Shown here: one piece after another, positions 10,702 through 25,149 of the stretch
How positions within the stretch are numbered: position 1 is the stretch's first letter
How the letters are laid out: each line of letters opens with the position of its first letter
Assembly (NCBI RefSeq): GCF_006345805.1
Contig: NC_042999.1
Coordinates: 147,560,001-147,624,000 of the forward strand
Origin: Octopus sinensis
Lineage: Eukaryota
Reading direction: 5' to 3'
Length of the DNA stretch: 64,000 nucleotides
Notes under the pieces: model-generated
The model's database searches: none
What the model saw: only the letters and a program-made list of their open reading frames with translations
Told to the model about the DNA's origin: nothing
Position numbers and translations under genes: made by a program

Positions 10702-11945
10702 GTATTATTGTTATTACTATTCAGTAGTCTTATTTTTAACATGTGCTTTCACTGCACTGCCCTGCGCAGCTCTGTGTGCCCTGAGCATGTGCTGTGGTTT
10801 GCTGCGATGCTCTTATTTGTATTGAAAGTGTTCTACGTAGAATGTTTGCGGTACTTAGTAGTGCTATTTTCTGTATGTTATGTATACTTGTTGGTCCTGG
10901 TGTCTTTGCTATGTATTTGACTGAATATTTTTTATCATACCTCATGCGCCTACCATGATAGGAATTGTTTCTGCGTTTAGGCTCTACGTTCAAGTTACTT
11001 TTATCTCTAGATCTTTGTATTTGAAAGTTTCTCCGTTTCTTTTAGAGAAAGATAGTCATCTGTTAGTATTGATACATCGATTAGAAAGTAGTTTTTCTTG
11101 GTGATCTCTGACAATTATATCAGGGCTATTGACCTTAATGTCTTCGTTTCTGTGTATTGGCATATCTCAGATTATGATTGCTTTCTCATTTTCTGTGACC
11201 TTTTCTGGCGTGAGCCTATGCCAAGCTTTTTCTGTTGATATTCCATAATGTTAGCATAGCTTTCAGTGTATATAGGTTCTAACTCTGTCGTGTCTGAATA
11301 TATTCGTTCTTAGCCAGGATTAGTAGCCAGAGACAATATCATTTATTAGATTTCAGTTTTTTCACAACTTCCGTTGTCTCTTCTTATTCTTCTTAGTTTT
11401 TTGGCACTACGACTTTATTTTTGTATTTGTCAGCTTCCTTAAGAACTGAAAACAGTTTCTTTTTCGTTTTGTTCGTATTTTGTGGCTACTTGTATTAGTT
11501 TTCCTTGCTTTTGAAGTAAGTAATTCTGTAGTCCTATGGTGGTTAATTTGTAATAGTTTTCTAGCTGTATAACGTTTCTACCACATTCGATACGTGTATA
11601 TATAACCTTTCTATGTCAGATTTGGGGTTGTGCACTCTAAATTCTGTCATAATTGTTCTTGTTCTCATGTCTATTTTGATTAGTTCCTTTAGAGTCCAAT
11701 TAAAAATATTGTAGCTGTAACTTATAAATGGGACGACTACGGTGTTGATACCTATTATCTTGTTCCTCGCATTGAGCTCTTTTTCCAGTATTAATCTCAC
11801 TCGTCTATAGTATTCTTTTCTCATATTCTCTTTCATTTGTGTGTGTTGTATCATATCTAGTTCATTCATTCATAAGTATTTGTATGTATGGCTCTAATTC
11901 TCTTATTTCATTTGCTCTGTCTAATGTGATGTTGCTACTCTGTTA
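10702..11945 (-). mobile_element. Dong/R4-clade LINE fragment 3 (RT thumb, internal deletion, REL domain)
   Basis: ORF 11561-11869 KEYYRRVRLILEKELNARNKIIGINTVVVPFISYS..W..EL..ID..TR..MT...H.PKSDIERLY; decayed RHD/HTPEKV and IQKIALLSTANILRRTLSIQ; degenerate TAA tail at 10702-10720. Confidence 0.85.
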
Positions 11946-12813
11946 TTATTATTAGTTTTGTTGTTGTTGTGTTGTTGTTGTTGTGGTGGTGGTGGTGGTG
12001 GTGGCGGTGGTGGTGGTGGTGGTTTATACATCTTAGCTCCATTCTTTACTTTCTAAATATTTGTAACTTTAATGATTTTAATTTAAACTGATTGCATTTA
12101 CGATGTTGGTAAAATTCATCGCCCGTTAATTGTATATTCGTTATGGAATGTTACTTTAAAGTGTTCCATACCAATTTATATACTTTTCACAGTAATTTCA
12201 TAAATTAATTAGTCCACTGAGATGAAAATATTCTTTCGGATTAAAGTTATTTTCAGATATAATATATGTGTGTTTTGCAGTAATCTTGTTTTAAAATGTA
12301 ACTAAGTTTAATTATTGTTTTTTCTTTGTTGTTGTTGCTGTTGTTGTTGTTGTTCTTGTTGTTGTTGTTGTTGTTGTTAAATGTATATTAAAATAGGCTA
12401 AACTCTTCCTCTGCTGATAAATTAAATGTAAGTTGTCAAGAAGTGACTTGTAGGAACCTGTATTATTATTATATACATATATAACAGCCACTTTGTGTGA
12501 TTTCACAGCACAACCGGGATGCAGACGAAGAACTCCTTGCATTTGTTTTATTTCGGCTTGTTCTGTTAATGGAAATTCTTGACGTAATACTGTGCATTTT
12601 CTAAGAGTGTTGCCTTTATCTACGTGTAGCTCTTGGTATGATGGTGTTCTATTTTTCTGCATGTTTTATAAACCTTCCTTCATCTTTCTGTTATTGTAGA
12701 GATTCTTTCTAATTTCCATCCTCTTATTCAGACGATCTCCATATCTTTCTCTCTCTGTCTCACCCTCTCTCTTTCTCCCTCTTTCTTTCTTTCTTTCTTC
12801 ATATATATATATA

Positions 12814-12878
<65 letters not shown>

Positions 12879-12883
12879 ATGTC

Positions 12884-13176
12884 AAGGCGCAATGACCCAG
12901 TGGCTAGGGCAGTGGACTCGCGGTCGTAGGATCGCGGTTTCGATTGTGAGTGACTATTGAGGGAAAACTCCTAAAGCTCCACGAGGCTCCGATCGGGGGT
13001 GGTGGCGATCCCTCTTGTACACTTTCGCCACAATTTGCTCTCACTCTTTCTTCTGTTGGCCTGCTCGCTTAGCCACCGAGGTGGCGTTATTTGAAGGCTA
13101 AAACAATGCGAAGCGCATTGTGACTAGCGATGTCTAGCAACATCTGATAGCCTGGTCGGTCATGGTGAACGGTGAT
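12884..13176 (+). mobile_element. SINE family A (head 1 + tail b)
   Basis: Head matches the 232 element; 3' half matches 24642-24760 (reverse complement); followed by (ATAC)n. Confidence 0.85.
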
Positions 13177-13877
13177 CTAAATACATACATACATACATAC
13201 ATACATACATACATACATACATACATACATACATACATACATACATACATGCATGCATACATACATACATACATACAGAGGGAATAGTGATAATTTATGA
13301 AGATGCATCGTTGTGCGTTGGATCTCGTACATCCATTAAGAGATATTCCATTTCAAGGTGGTTTTTGCCAATGGTGGCTCCATTTTCTTTAACCTCTTAA
13401 TCTGTCTTAATCTGTTTACATTGGCATACCTTATACTATGATTACATTGACCTTCTCTGAAACTTTTTCTGGCATATCTCATAATTATGAGTTTTTCATA
13501 ATACTCTCATAAACTCCAGTTTATAAAAGGTCAATCTTTGTCATGTTTGAATATTTATTCTCTATTGTCTAAGATAGGCCGGTTAGACTATTGTCATTAT
13601 TTCTTAACTACCTTCACATGCCACTCATGATGTTGAGGTTTGTATTCTACTTCATGTATGGCCGAAACCTCTAACGTTGTGGGCATTATCAGATTGTCTT
13701 GCCATCGTCTTGTCGTGATATTCTAGGTTCATAATTCAAATTATGTGAATATCTTTTAAGCTGTTACTTTTGATTAATGTTTTATATTTTTCGTATTAAT
13801 TTCCACTTACATTTTGGGAGATATACGCACGTTTACGTGTGAGTGTGCGTATGTATTATGTATGTATATATGTATAT

Positions 13878-13965
<88 letters not shown>

Positions 13966-14010
13966 GTGTGTGTGTGTGTGTATATATATATATGTGTGTA
14001 TATATATATT

Positions 14011-14058
<48 letters not shown>

Positions 14059-14097
14059 ATGTATGTATGTATATATATTTATATATATTCTTTTGGT

Positions 14098-14356
14098 CCT
14101 TATTTCCTTTACTTGTTTCAGTCATTTGACTGCGGCCATGCTGGAGTGCCACCTTGAACGCTTTTAGTTGAACAAGTCTATTCCAGGGCCTATTTGTAAG
14201 CCTAGTACTTATTTTATCGTTTTATTTACCGAACTGCTAATTTTCAGGGGACATAAGCACACTAACACCGCTTGTGAAGCGGTTGTGGAGGGACAAACAC
14301 AAATACAATGATACATACATAAATATATACATATATATACGACGGTTTTCTTTCAG
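14098..14356 (-). mobile_element. SINE family B, 5'-truncated
   Basis: TTTCAGTCATTTGACTGCGGCCATGCTGGAG tail and AAGCCTAGTACTTA motif shared with 25833-26257. Confidence 0.85.
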
Positions 14357-14639
14357 AAAAAAAGATATATGTATGTCTTTTTTCTGGATAACCATTGGAT
14401 TTGGTTAAAAAGAGACGATGAACGATGGCTAGAAGAATATTGAGCTTTATTTGATAACCAGTTGATCTAGCAAGCGGGGCCTTATATCAGTGAGTGCGGG
14501 GTGGGTGTGCATTGATGCCGTCGAAATGTAGGCCCAGAAACGGCGCGCATTCTCTCCTGATGACCCCATTCACTTGCTGGCTTCCGGTATGCGGAGTGTT
14601 TGACTGGTAGCACTTGCATGTGCCAGTTGTTTGCAAGAC

Positions 14640-14707
<68 letters not shown>

Positions 14708-15249
14708 AGAGAAGTGTGAGAAAGTGAAAACAAGAAGAAGATATAGAGAGAAATGATGCGGGAGAGAGATTTGAGACAGAAACTAAGAGTGAGAGATTAT
14801 GTTGTAGGTTAATTTGTGTATGTAATATTTTCTCGCACTCTAGTATTTGTTTTAAGATATTTCCTTTGTAAGTAAAATTTGTTAAATCATCATGAACGGT
14901 CTAACATCATGTTGGTATGTGTTGCTATGCCTTTGTAGATACAGACGCCAATACACACCATAAAAGAGATTAAAAGTAGTCATTTTCCCAGCTGTAAAAG
15001 TGACAATTGAATATATTCGTGATGGAAAATTTACAATTTACGTAACGACGAAAACAAATTATCAATTATTCAGTGAGATAATATAATATATTTAAAGAAA
15101 ACTAAAATAAATAATTCTAGCGTTGAACACTTAAATGGTAGTGCTGTATTTTGAAGAATCCATCCGGTTACATATCTACAGAATATTAAAAATAATTTTA
15201 CATCAACACGTTCCACTGAATGATAAACGAAACAATTTCATCGACACAA

Positions 15250-15900
15250 ACGATGATTAAACAAGTAGACAACGTACCTTAACAATTCACAGTGGATAGT
15301 GATACTGTCCAAGAATTCCCAGAAATCTTAAGAGACTATTGTGATACACAATATGTCCTGCATAGCTTTGTTCCTTGACATAAATCATATTACATAACGT
15401 TTATAATATCAAATAATACCATCTAATAATGTCAGTAGTCATCATACTATAGAAATGTATAGAGCTCTCTACAAACAAATTTTATTCTGTTCTCCATAAA
15501 GGCAATAACATAAGCACAATATGGAGTCAATTGTTTCTTCCTAAGTACCTACAATAGAGAACAATAAGGTAATCACATTCGCTACCAATGCACAGCACTA
15601 ACAGATGTTGAAATAAATCCACCTGCAATGCAACGAGTCGATTTCTAGATGTAAACATACAGATAGAAACAAGATACCTGACGACAGTCTATACCAAAGG
15701 CACAAACGTGTGGATACACTTACATGGAGACAGAGAATTGTCGAATAGAAGAGTCTGCGGTAATATTACTACATATCAGATTATTTAGATTTTCCGTTAG
15801 AAGCAAATTCTTAGGCAATTCTGCTCAATGCATAACGAACAAATGAACAACACCTATGCTATTGAAAAAATAGTCCAACCCTTACGATGACAAAAATCTG
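15250..15900 (+). pseudogene. Heavily decayed Penelope-like reverse transcriptase fragment
   Basis: Near 15635-15720 translates RFLDVNIQIETRYLTTVYTKGTNVWIHL (FLDV...TTVY.K.T motif of PLE RT domain 7); many stops. Confidence 0.5.
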
Positions 15901-16028
15901 ACATAAAAGAAAAAAAAACAATTTTGATAAGAGCCATCTGATGATCATGCTTAATATATGTATGCGTATATATATATATATATACTTATATATATATATA
16001 TACTACTACTACTACTACTACTACTAAT

Positions 16029-16077
<49 letters not shown>

Positions 16078-16379
16078 TCATAACATAGGATAAATTTTTT
16101 TCAGAAAATTTCATCAAAACATATTCACTAATATTGCTAGTAACTTCCAGACTACATAAATAATCTGGTGTGTCCAAGAGGTTTTCGTCTCTCACCGATA
16201 TACAAAAGATATCGTATCTTGAACGAAATCCATAGTAACTACCTGTCAATACTGAACCCTGTATATACATGAAGTCTAATACATAGATTGCTATATTTAT
16301 AAAACACTGTTTCAATTGCGTATCCACAAATGCAAATAAAATTATAAAAGAATGGCTGTATAATACCAAATTTACTTTC

Positions 16380-16570
16380 CAACCATATGTTTCCGAGTTC
16401 AGTCCCTCTGCGTGTTCGGTAAAACAGACCGATAGACTAAGTGCTAGGCTAACAAAGAATAAGTCCTGCGGTCGATTTCTTCAACTAAAAATACCCTTTA
16501 GGGGAGTGCTCCAGCATGGCGACAGTCAAATGACTGGAGCAAGTAAAAAAAATAAAAGAATAAAAGAATA
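16380..16570 (+). mobile_element. SINE family B, internally deleted
   Basis: Head fragment TTCCGAGTTCAGTCCC joined to the 3' half, ending (TAAAAGAA)n. Confidence 0.8.
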
Positions 16571-19208
16571 CTTTTCTAAACTCAAGGAAAAGGTTTTTAG
16601 CCAGTGCCCCCATCCTAAACGTCCCTCCTACAAGCTTGGAGCCCGGACCGAAAATGTTGGCTAAATCAACAATAGCAGCATGTTAGAACACCACCACAGG
16701 CGAAGCCATTACCGCAAGCTTCGAACTCACCAGATGTCAGATAAAGCAGCAACAACCACAAAAGCATTTTGGATCACCACCGCAGCCGGATCCGAGATGG
16801 TGGATTAGAATATTGTCAGAAGCGAAGGTGATGTAGGGGAGATAGCCTAGTACTGCTGTTAGCAACCAAACGCGGACATTTCGCTCGGTTGTTATGGCCG
16901 ATTAGAGAGAGAGAGAGAGAGAAAGAGACCATTGGTTTCGTACCTATAAGCTGTATAAGCGGCTCCCCAGACTCAAATGCATGAGAATCAAATATTAGTC
17001 TACACCTCGGTTATATAGTTTTCCTTTTTCATCTGACATAAGTGGCGAAATAGTCGGGACAACAGTGCATCGGACCAAATTGGAGCTGAAATATCTAAAT
17101 GTGAACCTCAGAAAGTACTGAGTAAGCATAATATGCATGAAAATGAGAAACTGATCCCTTGATACAAGACAAGCTCAAGATGTCTAGAAAGAGAAGCACT
17201 AGATGAAAACTCCACGCATATAAAAGATGATTTTAAACTAGGTAGAAAACCACTGCATCGTGTACAGATTCTACCTGCTAGAAATAGGAACCGACTCTGC
17301 TGAATTCCATACCTTACAGTCTTTTATAAAAGTAAATATTAGATTTAAAAAATACGGTATATTTATAACTAAAATATTTTCAATTTACGCCCAGTTTAGC
17401 AAAGCATAAAATAGTCTTCTAAATGCATTTATTGAAACTAGACTTCTCATTTTTGCTGCTAGGCGTGAAATATTTTCATAACTAGAGGCGTTTCAAATTG
17501 TCGATTTTCAAGTCAGTCTCATAAGTGACAATGATAAAGAGAAATTATGCTAAAGATTGTAAGAATTATTGTTCACATTTTGTAAGTTATGAGAATATCA
17601 ATAAAGCAAAATTTCTCCTTTCTGAGATAATAGTATCCATTTCATTTTTTACTTTTTAATAATTATTGATAAGCAGCATCTAGTATTCGAAAAGAGAAGA
17701 AATTTGATGAGGAATAATTGGCAGATTTCTTTTGATGCGCTCGTAAAACAGGAAAACTTCAGTAAGCGTCTTAAAATATTGTTCGTAGTTATTCTTATTG
17801 TGATTTAAAATTTTGCCACGATATTCTATTCATTTGTTACGTAATATTACAAATTTTGGCTATATTTTTCCCTTTTGTTTTCTTTTTAAAATTACTTGAT
17901 ATTCTGTTTCCATTTTCCGTTTAATATTAGAATAGCTGATTTTGATTTTTAGGAACATTAGCGAGAAAGGATTTGTTCAAATAAACACCAACATTAAACC
18001 TGCTAAATATTCTGAGATATATGGGAGTAAAATCGATATAAATTATAGTTTTTTGGACAGGAATAGCTAATCATGGAAATTTGTCAAGGCATCTGATGTT
18101 TGAGTGAAAGCAGATCTGAAACGATATCATTATATCCTCATAGTTCATATAAACACCAGGCCATTGCATCTGGTGAAAAATCTTGCAGTTATTCGCTACA
18201 GGTTTCCTCCCTACTCCCGCGTTTGTCGCTTAAAACTCTAATGCTCAACCCTACTTAGTGTAATTTTGTTTTGATGCTCAATTAAATAAATATGGCTGTT
18301 TATGAAAATATGTTTTTGCATAAAGAGGTCATTTCGAAAAGCAGAAATGTCACTTTCGTCAAAATACATATCCCTATATTTGTAGTCAGGCAAAAAATTT
18401 ATTAACATCATATTTACGAAAGCATTACATTTATAAACTAAGCAAAATGTCTTCTGTCGGGAATTGTTAAATAATCCGTGAAGGTGAACTGAAAACTGGT
18501 TGGCGTCTTGATGTTGCTACATAATTTTATAAAGCAATCTTACAAGCTAAAGTTTTTATGTATACAATTCGAGGGAGGCACGCAGTTTATTTCATTTATT
18601 GCGAACACTTATATGACACTAGAAAACACAGCAATGTAGTTGAATTACAGGAAGTTATTCATTTAAACTTTTCTCCCATGTCATTACGCATGTCTGATTT
18701 AAGTGCAAGGCCAAATATTTAGAGGACTGATTATATCACCACCTGCTACTATTTTTTTATCTACCGCGTGATGATATAAAGAAAAAAGAAGTCAGACCGG
18801 TTTTGAAACCAGAGTGTAATATACCGCTAATAAATACTTAAACACAGTTCACTGATTCTACCACTTTGCCGGAAGAACCAAACCATATAACAAATAGTGC
18901 TTAAGACAGATCTTGTGCGACTGTACAATGCAGAGAGTCAGACTTGATCGAATTTGCTTCAGCTAGTTAAATAATGTTTTCTGCATTGACAAAACTATTA
19001 ACAGCGGATCTCTTTGTTGACAGTTGTGTGGCATACATATGTGATTGAGAAGTTTACTTCACACATACCTAGTTATAAACATGTGAGTGAAATTTGCGTG
19101 ACAGAAAGTCTGTTGAAAATATAGATGGGTAAGCAGATGGGCACACATACATCTGCATATATGCATGCGCGCACACACACGCATGAGTGCATATATATAT
19201 ATATATAT

Positions 19209-19289
<81 letters not shown>

Positions 19290-19399
19290 ATCCAGTGATT
19301 GAGATGTAGGAAGAAAGTGTTAGCTTCAAGCAATACGTAGTAAACATGAAAAACAACTTTCAGGGAGAATACTGCTGTATTGAGACGGAAGGTTGTGGA

Positions 19400-20960
19400 T
19401 TTGATCGTATAAACTGAAAAAAAATATTTTATATTTCACGGTTAGCGGTCAGGGTTGCCGGATGTACGAATAAGAATACAAGAGTTAAGGAATGCAGTAG
19501 ATAAGATCCGGGCTTCATATGTTTCATAGCGAGCGGAACCTCAGAGGTGGTAACTATCCAAGCGAGGTGTATACCACAGTCTACTCTTCAAGCCAAAGAT
19601 ATCTTGATTAAATGAACGTTTATATTGACGCAAGGAGGCACATGTTAACACATGGAAGATTCAATCGGAATGTGTGGCGAACACGGTAGGAGAGAAGGGT
19701 ACAAATATATAGAGAAATAAGGATTAAAAGAAAGAACCAAAGAAAAAACATAAAAGAGTGGGAGGAATGAGGAATTTAAGCAAGGATATTTGACCGGTAG
19801 TATTCAATGGGGCCGTTTTGGCCGAATCACAAAAATTAGCAATGGGAGTGGTATTAGAGAAAAAGATAATGTGGAAGGAAGAGGGTGGGGAGATATTTTT
19901 GGTGAAGGGGGAAATATATATGCTTGAAGAAATCAAGAGAAAACGGGGAAGAATCGTAGAGGCTACCACTTGTTTTCAATTGAGGACTGTATATTGTGTG
20001 CGGTGACCGTGTATACAGTATGAAGTAGCAGATGCGTGTGTTGGCGTATGTACTTGTAAGTTTACGAAGGGGGGTAGTAACAGGAGGGGACGCAGTTGAA
20101 ATAAGAGAAAAATATTTTAAATGGTAAGGAAAAATACAAAGAGAAGTATGTAAATGACAATAAGGAATTAAAAGGAAGATATAGTGTTGATTTAAAATAT
20201 AGTGGTAGTGAGGGTAAATAAGAGGGAAAATTTATGAAGGTTAGGAGGAAGGACGGGTGGGGTTGTTATTTGTCTTTTGAGAATAGATTTAGTGATCGAT
20301 GTTTGCAGGTAAAAATTATACTGTTGCCTTCGTTAAAACAATCCGTGGATTGCAAAATAGCTAGGACCTCAGCTATACAGAGATCACATTTATTATAGCT
20401 GCTGTATGGCTTGGCGTTGGTGACTATGGACCAATTGAGAGTGTATGAAGTTGAATCACTCCTTAGTTTATTGATAACGAAGTACTTTTGGATTTTGTTA
20501 GGGACTTGAAGCTGGAGTAGTGGTTGTTCACATTAGCTTTGAAGGTGGTGTTACATGAGCAGATATATATGTAGTTACAATTGACAGCTGATACTGTACA
20601 CTTATGAACGATGTTTTTTATGAGACAACGGTGATCTAAATGACAGGATGTTGATCGTCTGAAGCTGCATAGGTGTTCCGGATAAACTTGTGAGGGGATT
20701 ACTATTTAGTGAGGAATCAGTGTTAGGTTTATTATTATTGCTGACTTTAGGATTAGTATTTGTTAAGGAGTTGAGGGTGGTATTGCGGGGTTGCATAATA
20801 CGATAATTATTGTGCCTGGTGGTATCTTCTGTGTCATTTCTATTTTTGCAAGAGGAGGTATAGCTGGGTGTTGTGGTGAATTTAACGATTGGCTGTAAGG
20901 TGCGGAATTATAGCTGGATTTATGAGGGTTAATGTTGTTAAGGGGGTTACTTGGTGTTTT
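19400..20960 (-). mobile_element. Decayed Penelope-like element: GIY-YIG endonuclease, pyrimidine-rich 3' region and pLTR remnant
   Basis: Minus strand gives SCHLDHRCLIKNIVHKCTV..YIYICSCNTTFKANVNNHYSSFK and LNWSIVTNAKPYSSYNKCDLCIAEVLAIL...FTCKHR (Naiad-like C-terminal Cys/His); degenerate hammerhead at 19510-19594. Confidence 0.8.
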
Positions 20961-21139
20961 GGGTTTATATGTATGGAGCTGGAGGTTATGTTGAGTTATA
21001 TATATATATATATGTGTGTGTGTATGTGTGTGTGTGGGTGTGGGTGGGGGTGGGTGTATGGGTGTGTGTATATATATATGGGTGTGTGTGTATGAGTGTG
21101 TGTATATATATGGGTGTGTGTGTATATCAGTGTGTAACA

Positions 21140-21300
21140 AATATAAGGCGGAAGATAAAAAATGCGAGAATTTATTATTAATCACAATTGTTTCGACACA
21201 TCTACCATTGATTCCTCTTGGGCAGAACACTCAACAGGTGGTTCAGGAGCATCCGGCGGTACAGATGTATTTCGTCGGGTGATAAATAGATACAACTCGT
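21140..21300 (-). repeat. Interspersed repeat with a variant hammerhead motif (21181-21283); homologue at 32085-32240
   Basis: AUCAC-CCGACGA-AAUACAUCU..AGAUGUGUC-GAAA-CAAUUG; 3-nt deletion at the cleavage site relative to the 32106 copy. Confidence 0.6.
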
Positions 21301-21754
21301 TACAATAAATGTTCTGCAATATAACTTCCCGTTGTGTAGAAAGAACAGCAGCCACACGGAGGAAATGTCTTCATTTATATAGAAGATCAAAAATAAAATC
21401 ACAGATGGCAGAAAGAGAAACGAACACGCTGTAATTGTTGAAAGAGACATCCGTTGTATACTTAATATAAATGCTTGGTCTTTTTTTTTTTTTTTTGATA
21501 AAATGCATTCGTCATCATGTAAGAAATCGAAATATTGAACTTTATAGTTAATTACATTAACACAATAGTCTATTGTTCAATAATTACAATTATCTAATGC
21601 AGAATAACCGCTTGCTATTTGTCACTAAAAGGAATAGAATAATGTTCATTAATTTTCTCAAGAATTAACTGATTTGATATAACATAATAAATCATAGGAT
21701 ATTTAATCGACGTGATGCTATAGACATTCCGTCAGGAGACGGAATGTTTATAGC

Positions 21755-21828
21755 CTCGTTGGTGGAACTTGAACCACGTACCTAACGCTTTGGTGGGCAT
21801 TTTGTGACCGACTACACTACGGGAAGTC
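21755..21828 (-). other. tRNA-like pseudogene or SINE head
   Basis: Minus strand TTCCCGTAGTGTAGTCGGT...GCGTTAGGTACGTGGTTCAAGTTCC resembles tRNA-Val A and B boxes; cloverleaf not intact. Confidence 0.4.
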
Positions 21829-24079
21829 TGCCATGCCGTACTTTCAAACTTATGATTAAATGCAATAATTAGATTCCACTACATTAATTATGCTATTTTA
21901 TCTCAATAATACAATTTATCAGACAACAATTAGGCTATTCTATTGGCCAATTTCTGAGTTAGGGAAATATTCAACCTTAGTCCCATGCGTATGATACGAT
22001 ATAATGTAACGAAACAATGTAATGAAATATTCGGTTTACGCTAATTAATCAGCATTAAATTAAAATCATCATCTTTCACCATACTAAATGCATACATACC
22101 GTTAGAAAGCATCAAACTGTGGGATTGTCTGAAACAAGATTTCTTCAGAGATTTCTTCTGCTAAAAGATAGAATATATATATATATCAAGGCGAAACAAA
22201 TATCGTCGACCCATTAAATGACAGACGCTTTTAGCTATTGTTGAAGCTTGTCAATACCGTATATAATGTTGTTACATGCTTAAACAAAATGCGTGTTTTA
22301 GATACAGGGGAATTAAATATTCACTGGTATGGAGGAAGCTTTCAGAAAAACTGAATATACGCAATTGAAATAGCATTAAATAAGGATTGCTTCTATCGTT
22401 CTCGCGAATCCCTGCGGAAAAATTTAGTATAATACACAGTTGGAATTATTACAAATTAATTAACCTAATTGTTAAGCTAATTATTAAATTGGTGTATTTA
22501 AAACGCATTAAATATTATAAACGTAAATAATCGAGAGAAGCAAATATATACCCCTCCACTCAGTACAATAATCACGCATTTGTTGATTCCCGAGCAAATG
22601 CACTAATAATAATTCAAGCCACTTGAAAATCCTTCTTTCTCCCTTTACATTACATGTTATTAGATGCTACCAGCTTAGACTGTTCTGCTAGGGAGACTCC
22701 AATGCTACCAAAACAAAAGAGGTACAATACTGATTATAATTTGAGGAAAAGCCTAGGCTGACATGCTTTATTTAGGCGGTGGCAGGGGTCACCAAATAAC
22801 TGAAATGTAGGGGTTCAAATCCCATTTGTTGTTTTGGTTATTAGTTTCCGCTACGAAATGATGTTTTGCGAAACTGATTAAATCGAGACGAGAAGGACAT
22901 ATCTGATGTATTGTGTATCTTTAGAAATTTTAGCTAGATGCAAGCGTTATCTGGTAGCTGTAAGTATATCTAAATTAATGAGGCAGGTGGCTAAAGAACA
23001 TTGAATGATTTATTTGTGACACAACAGGGAAATATTTGTTCGTGTATTGCCTTTAGAGCAAGAAAAAGAAAATAAACTATAAAAATCTCCAGTGTTATAT
23101 TTCCTGTATATTTCCTACATCGTCCGTTTCATATGCTGCCAATCATAAACAATATTGTATTTTCTGTAACAAAACAGACGTTCTCTACTTTTAACAAAAT
23201 GAAGTAAGAAACATAGACTAGCATCGGTTCACAAAGTAAAATGATATGGGTTATAACTTCAGATTGATATTAAAACTGCGTTATAAACTTGCCTCATATC
23301 TTACTCGCATATCTTTTGCTTAAATGAAAAGTAAGAAACCACATATTCGTAGAAAAGCTTATGATTGAGATAATCGACCTCATATTGTAACATACATATT
23401 TTAATGCTACCAAGTGGCGTAATATTATAACATATCCTAGAATTAGAAATCCGAATATAAATAGAGCTAGTTTATCCTTGTATATTTTTACACAAGTTAA
23501 ACAACCAATAAACCGCAATATCCATTTTTTCACGCAATCTCTACAGGTAGCATACAGTTATCTTTTCTGTTTGGCACTGTTTTATATTAACGGAAATAAA
23601 TATTTTTAAAAAATAGTTGCAATATCATTGAGGATTCTAATATTAGTTATAGAGACATATAGTTTAATATTAGTTTGTTTCTTTTTCTATTAAAAACTAG
23701 ATGTTTCCAGACATTTTTGCATTAACATGGCAAACATATTCAAAGTATTTTTATTTACGTCGGCAGAGAGCTTTGTATTTTAGACAAACAGATATTTTCA
23801 CTGGGAAAAAATCGTGCATTTCCGTTGCTGGCGCCTTCAACAAGAGAACACTCTTTGTTTTTGATTTTTTCTTGCTGTTTGTATTTGTTTTTTTTTTATG
23901 TCAGTGAAGATTCCATTTATAGTTTAGACATCAGAAAGTTGGATACTTCAAAACCATGTGTTAAGCAAAGTGCGATTTTTTAAAACAAAAATACTCACAG
24001 TAATTGCGTGGTATTATGTTGACGTGAAATATTTTGAAACAAAAAAGCAAACGCTCGGAATTATTTTCCCTGCTATAAA

Positions 24080-24129
<50 letters not shown>

Positions 24130-24138
24130 TGTTTGAGA

Positions 24139-24184
<46 letters not shown>

Positions 24185-24377
24185 CTGCATATACATATAC
24201 ATTTAGTTATATGAATATATATTTGTATGTGTATATATATATATATATATACATATATGTATACACATTTGCACATGTATATATGTATATACTTTATATA
24301 TAGCTTTATGTCTATCTATATCTACACTTATACAGAGAGAGAGAGAAGGACAGAAGCACTCTCACATAATGACACAC

Positions 24378-24419
<42 letters not shown>

Positions 24420-24641
24420 CAAAGTGATGTTGTAAGGTACAGCACGAGTGGAATTATATATGAAAGAATGTTTCAAAATGCAATTTTAAAATATGTTTAT
24501 TCACTTATTAAGATTTCTTTAGAAATCATGTTTGTTTGGAAGTATCTATATATATACACAGAAGGAGATATATTTAGTTTACAAAGAATTAGGGATGAAC
24601 TGACCTGTTTCACCATTTTATCATATATATATATATATATT

Positions 24642-24955
24642 ACCGTGACCGTGACCGACTAGGCTATTAGATGTTGCTACACATCGCTGGACACAGTGCG
24701 CTTCGCATTGTTTTAGCTTTCAAATGACGCCACCGTGCTGGCTAAGTGAGCAGGCCAACAGAAGAAATAATGAGAGAAAGTTGTGGCGATCTGTAACAAA
24801 ACTAGCGTTCTTTACTTTTAACAACCCCCTACCGCAGCCTTGGGGAGCTTTAGGTATTTTCGCTCAATAAAAACTAACAACACCCGGTCTAGGAATCGAA
24901 ACCGCGATCCTACGACCGTGAGTCCGCTGTCCTAACCGCTGGGCCTTTGCGCTTC
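24642..24955 (-). mobile_element. SINE family A (head 1 + tail b)
   Basis: Reverse complement of the 12884-type element; tail ends (CGGTCA)n. Confidence 0.85.
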
Positions 24956-25096
24956 ACACACACACACACGCACATATACACACACGCACACACACAGACA
25001 CACACACATATATATACACACACGCACATATACACAGACACACACACACAGACATATATATATATACATATATATTTATACATATAGATATGTGAG

Positions 25097-25137
<41 letters not shown>

Positions 25138-25149
25138 ACAAGTTGTGTT

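Noticed and set aside
12480-12662. Minus-strand ORF KNRTPSYQELHVDKGNTLRKC..., and plus-strand AG/GT splice-like sites at 12510-12636
   Set aside because: The plus-strand exon has stops in all three frames; the minus-strand peptide is unrecognised and lacks good splice sites
13618-13686. CTCATGA...GGCC-GAAAC hammerhead-like arrangement
   Set aside because: G5 substituted and stems I, II and III do not pair convincingly; at most a fossil
14520-14580. GAAACGGCGCG...CTGATGA as a possible type II hammerhead
   Set aside because: No UH triplet and no stem II complementarity
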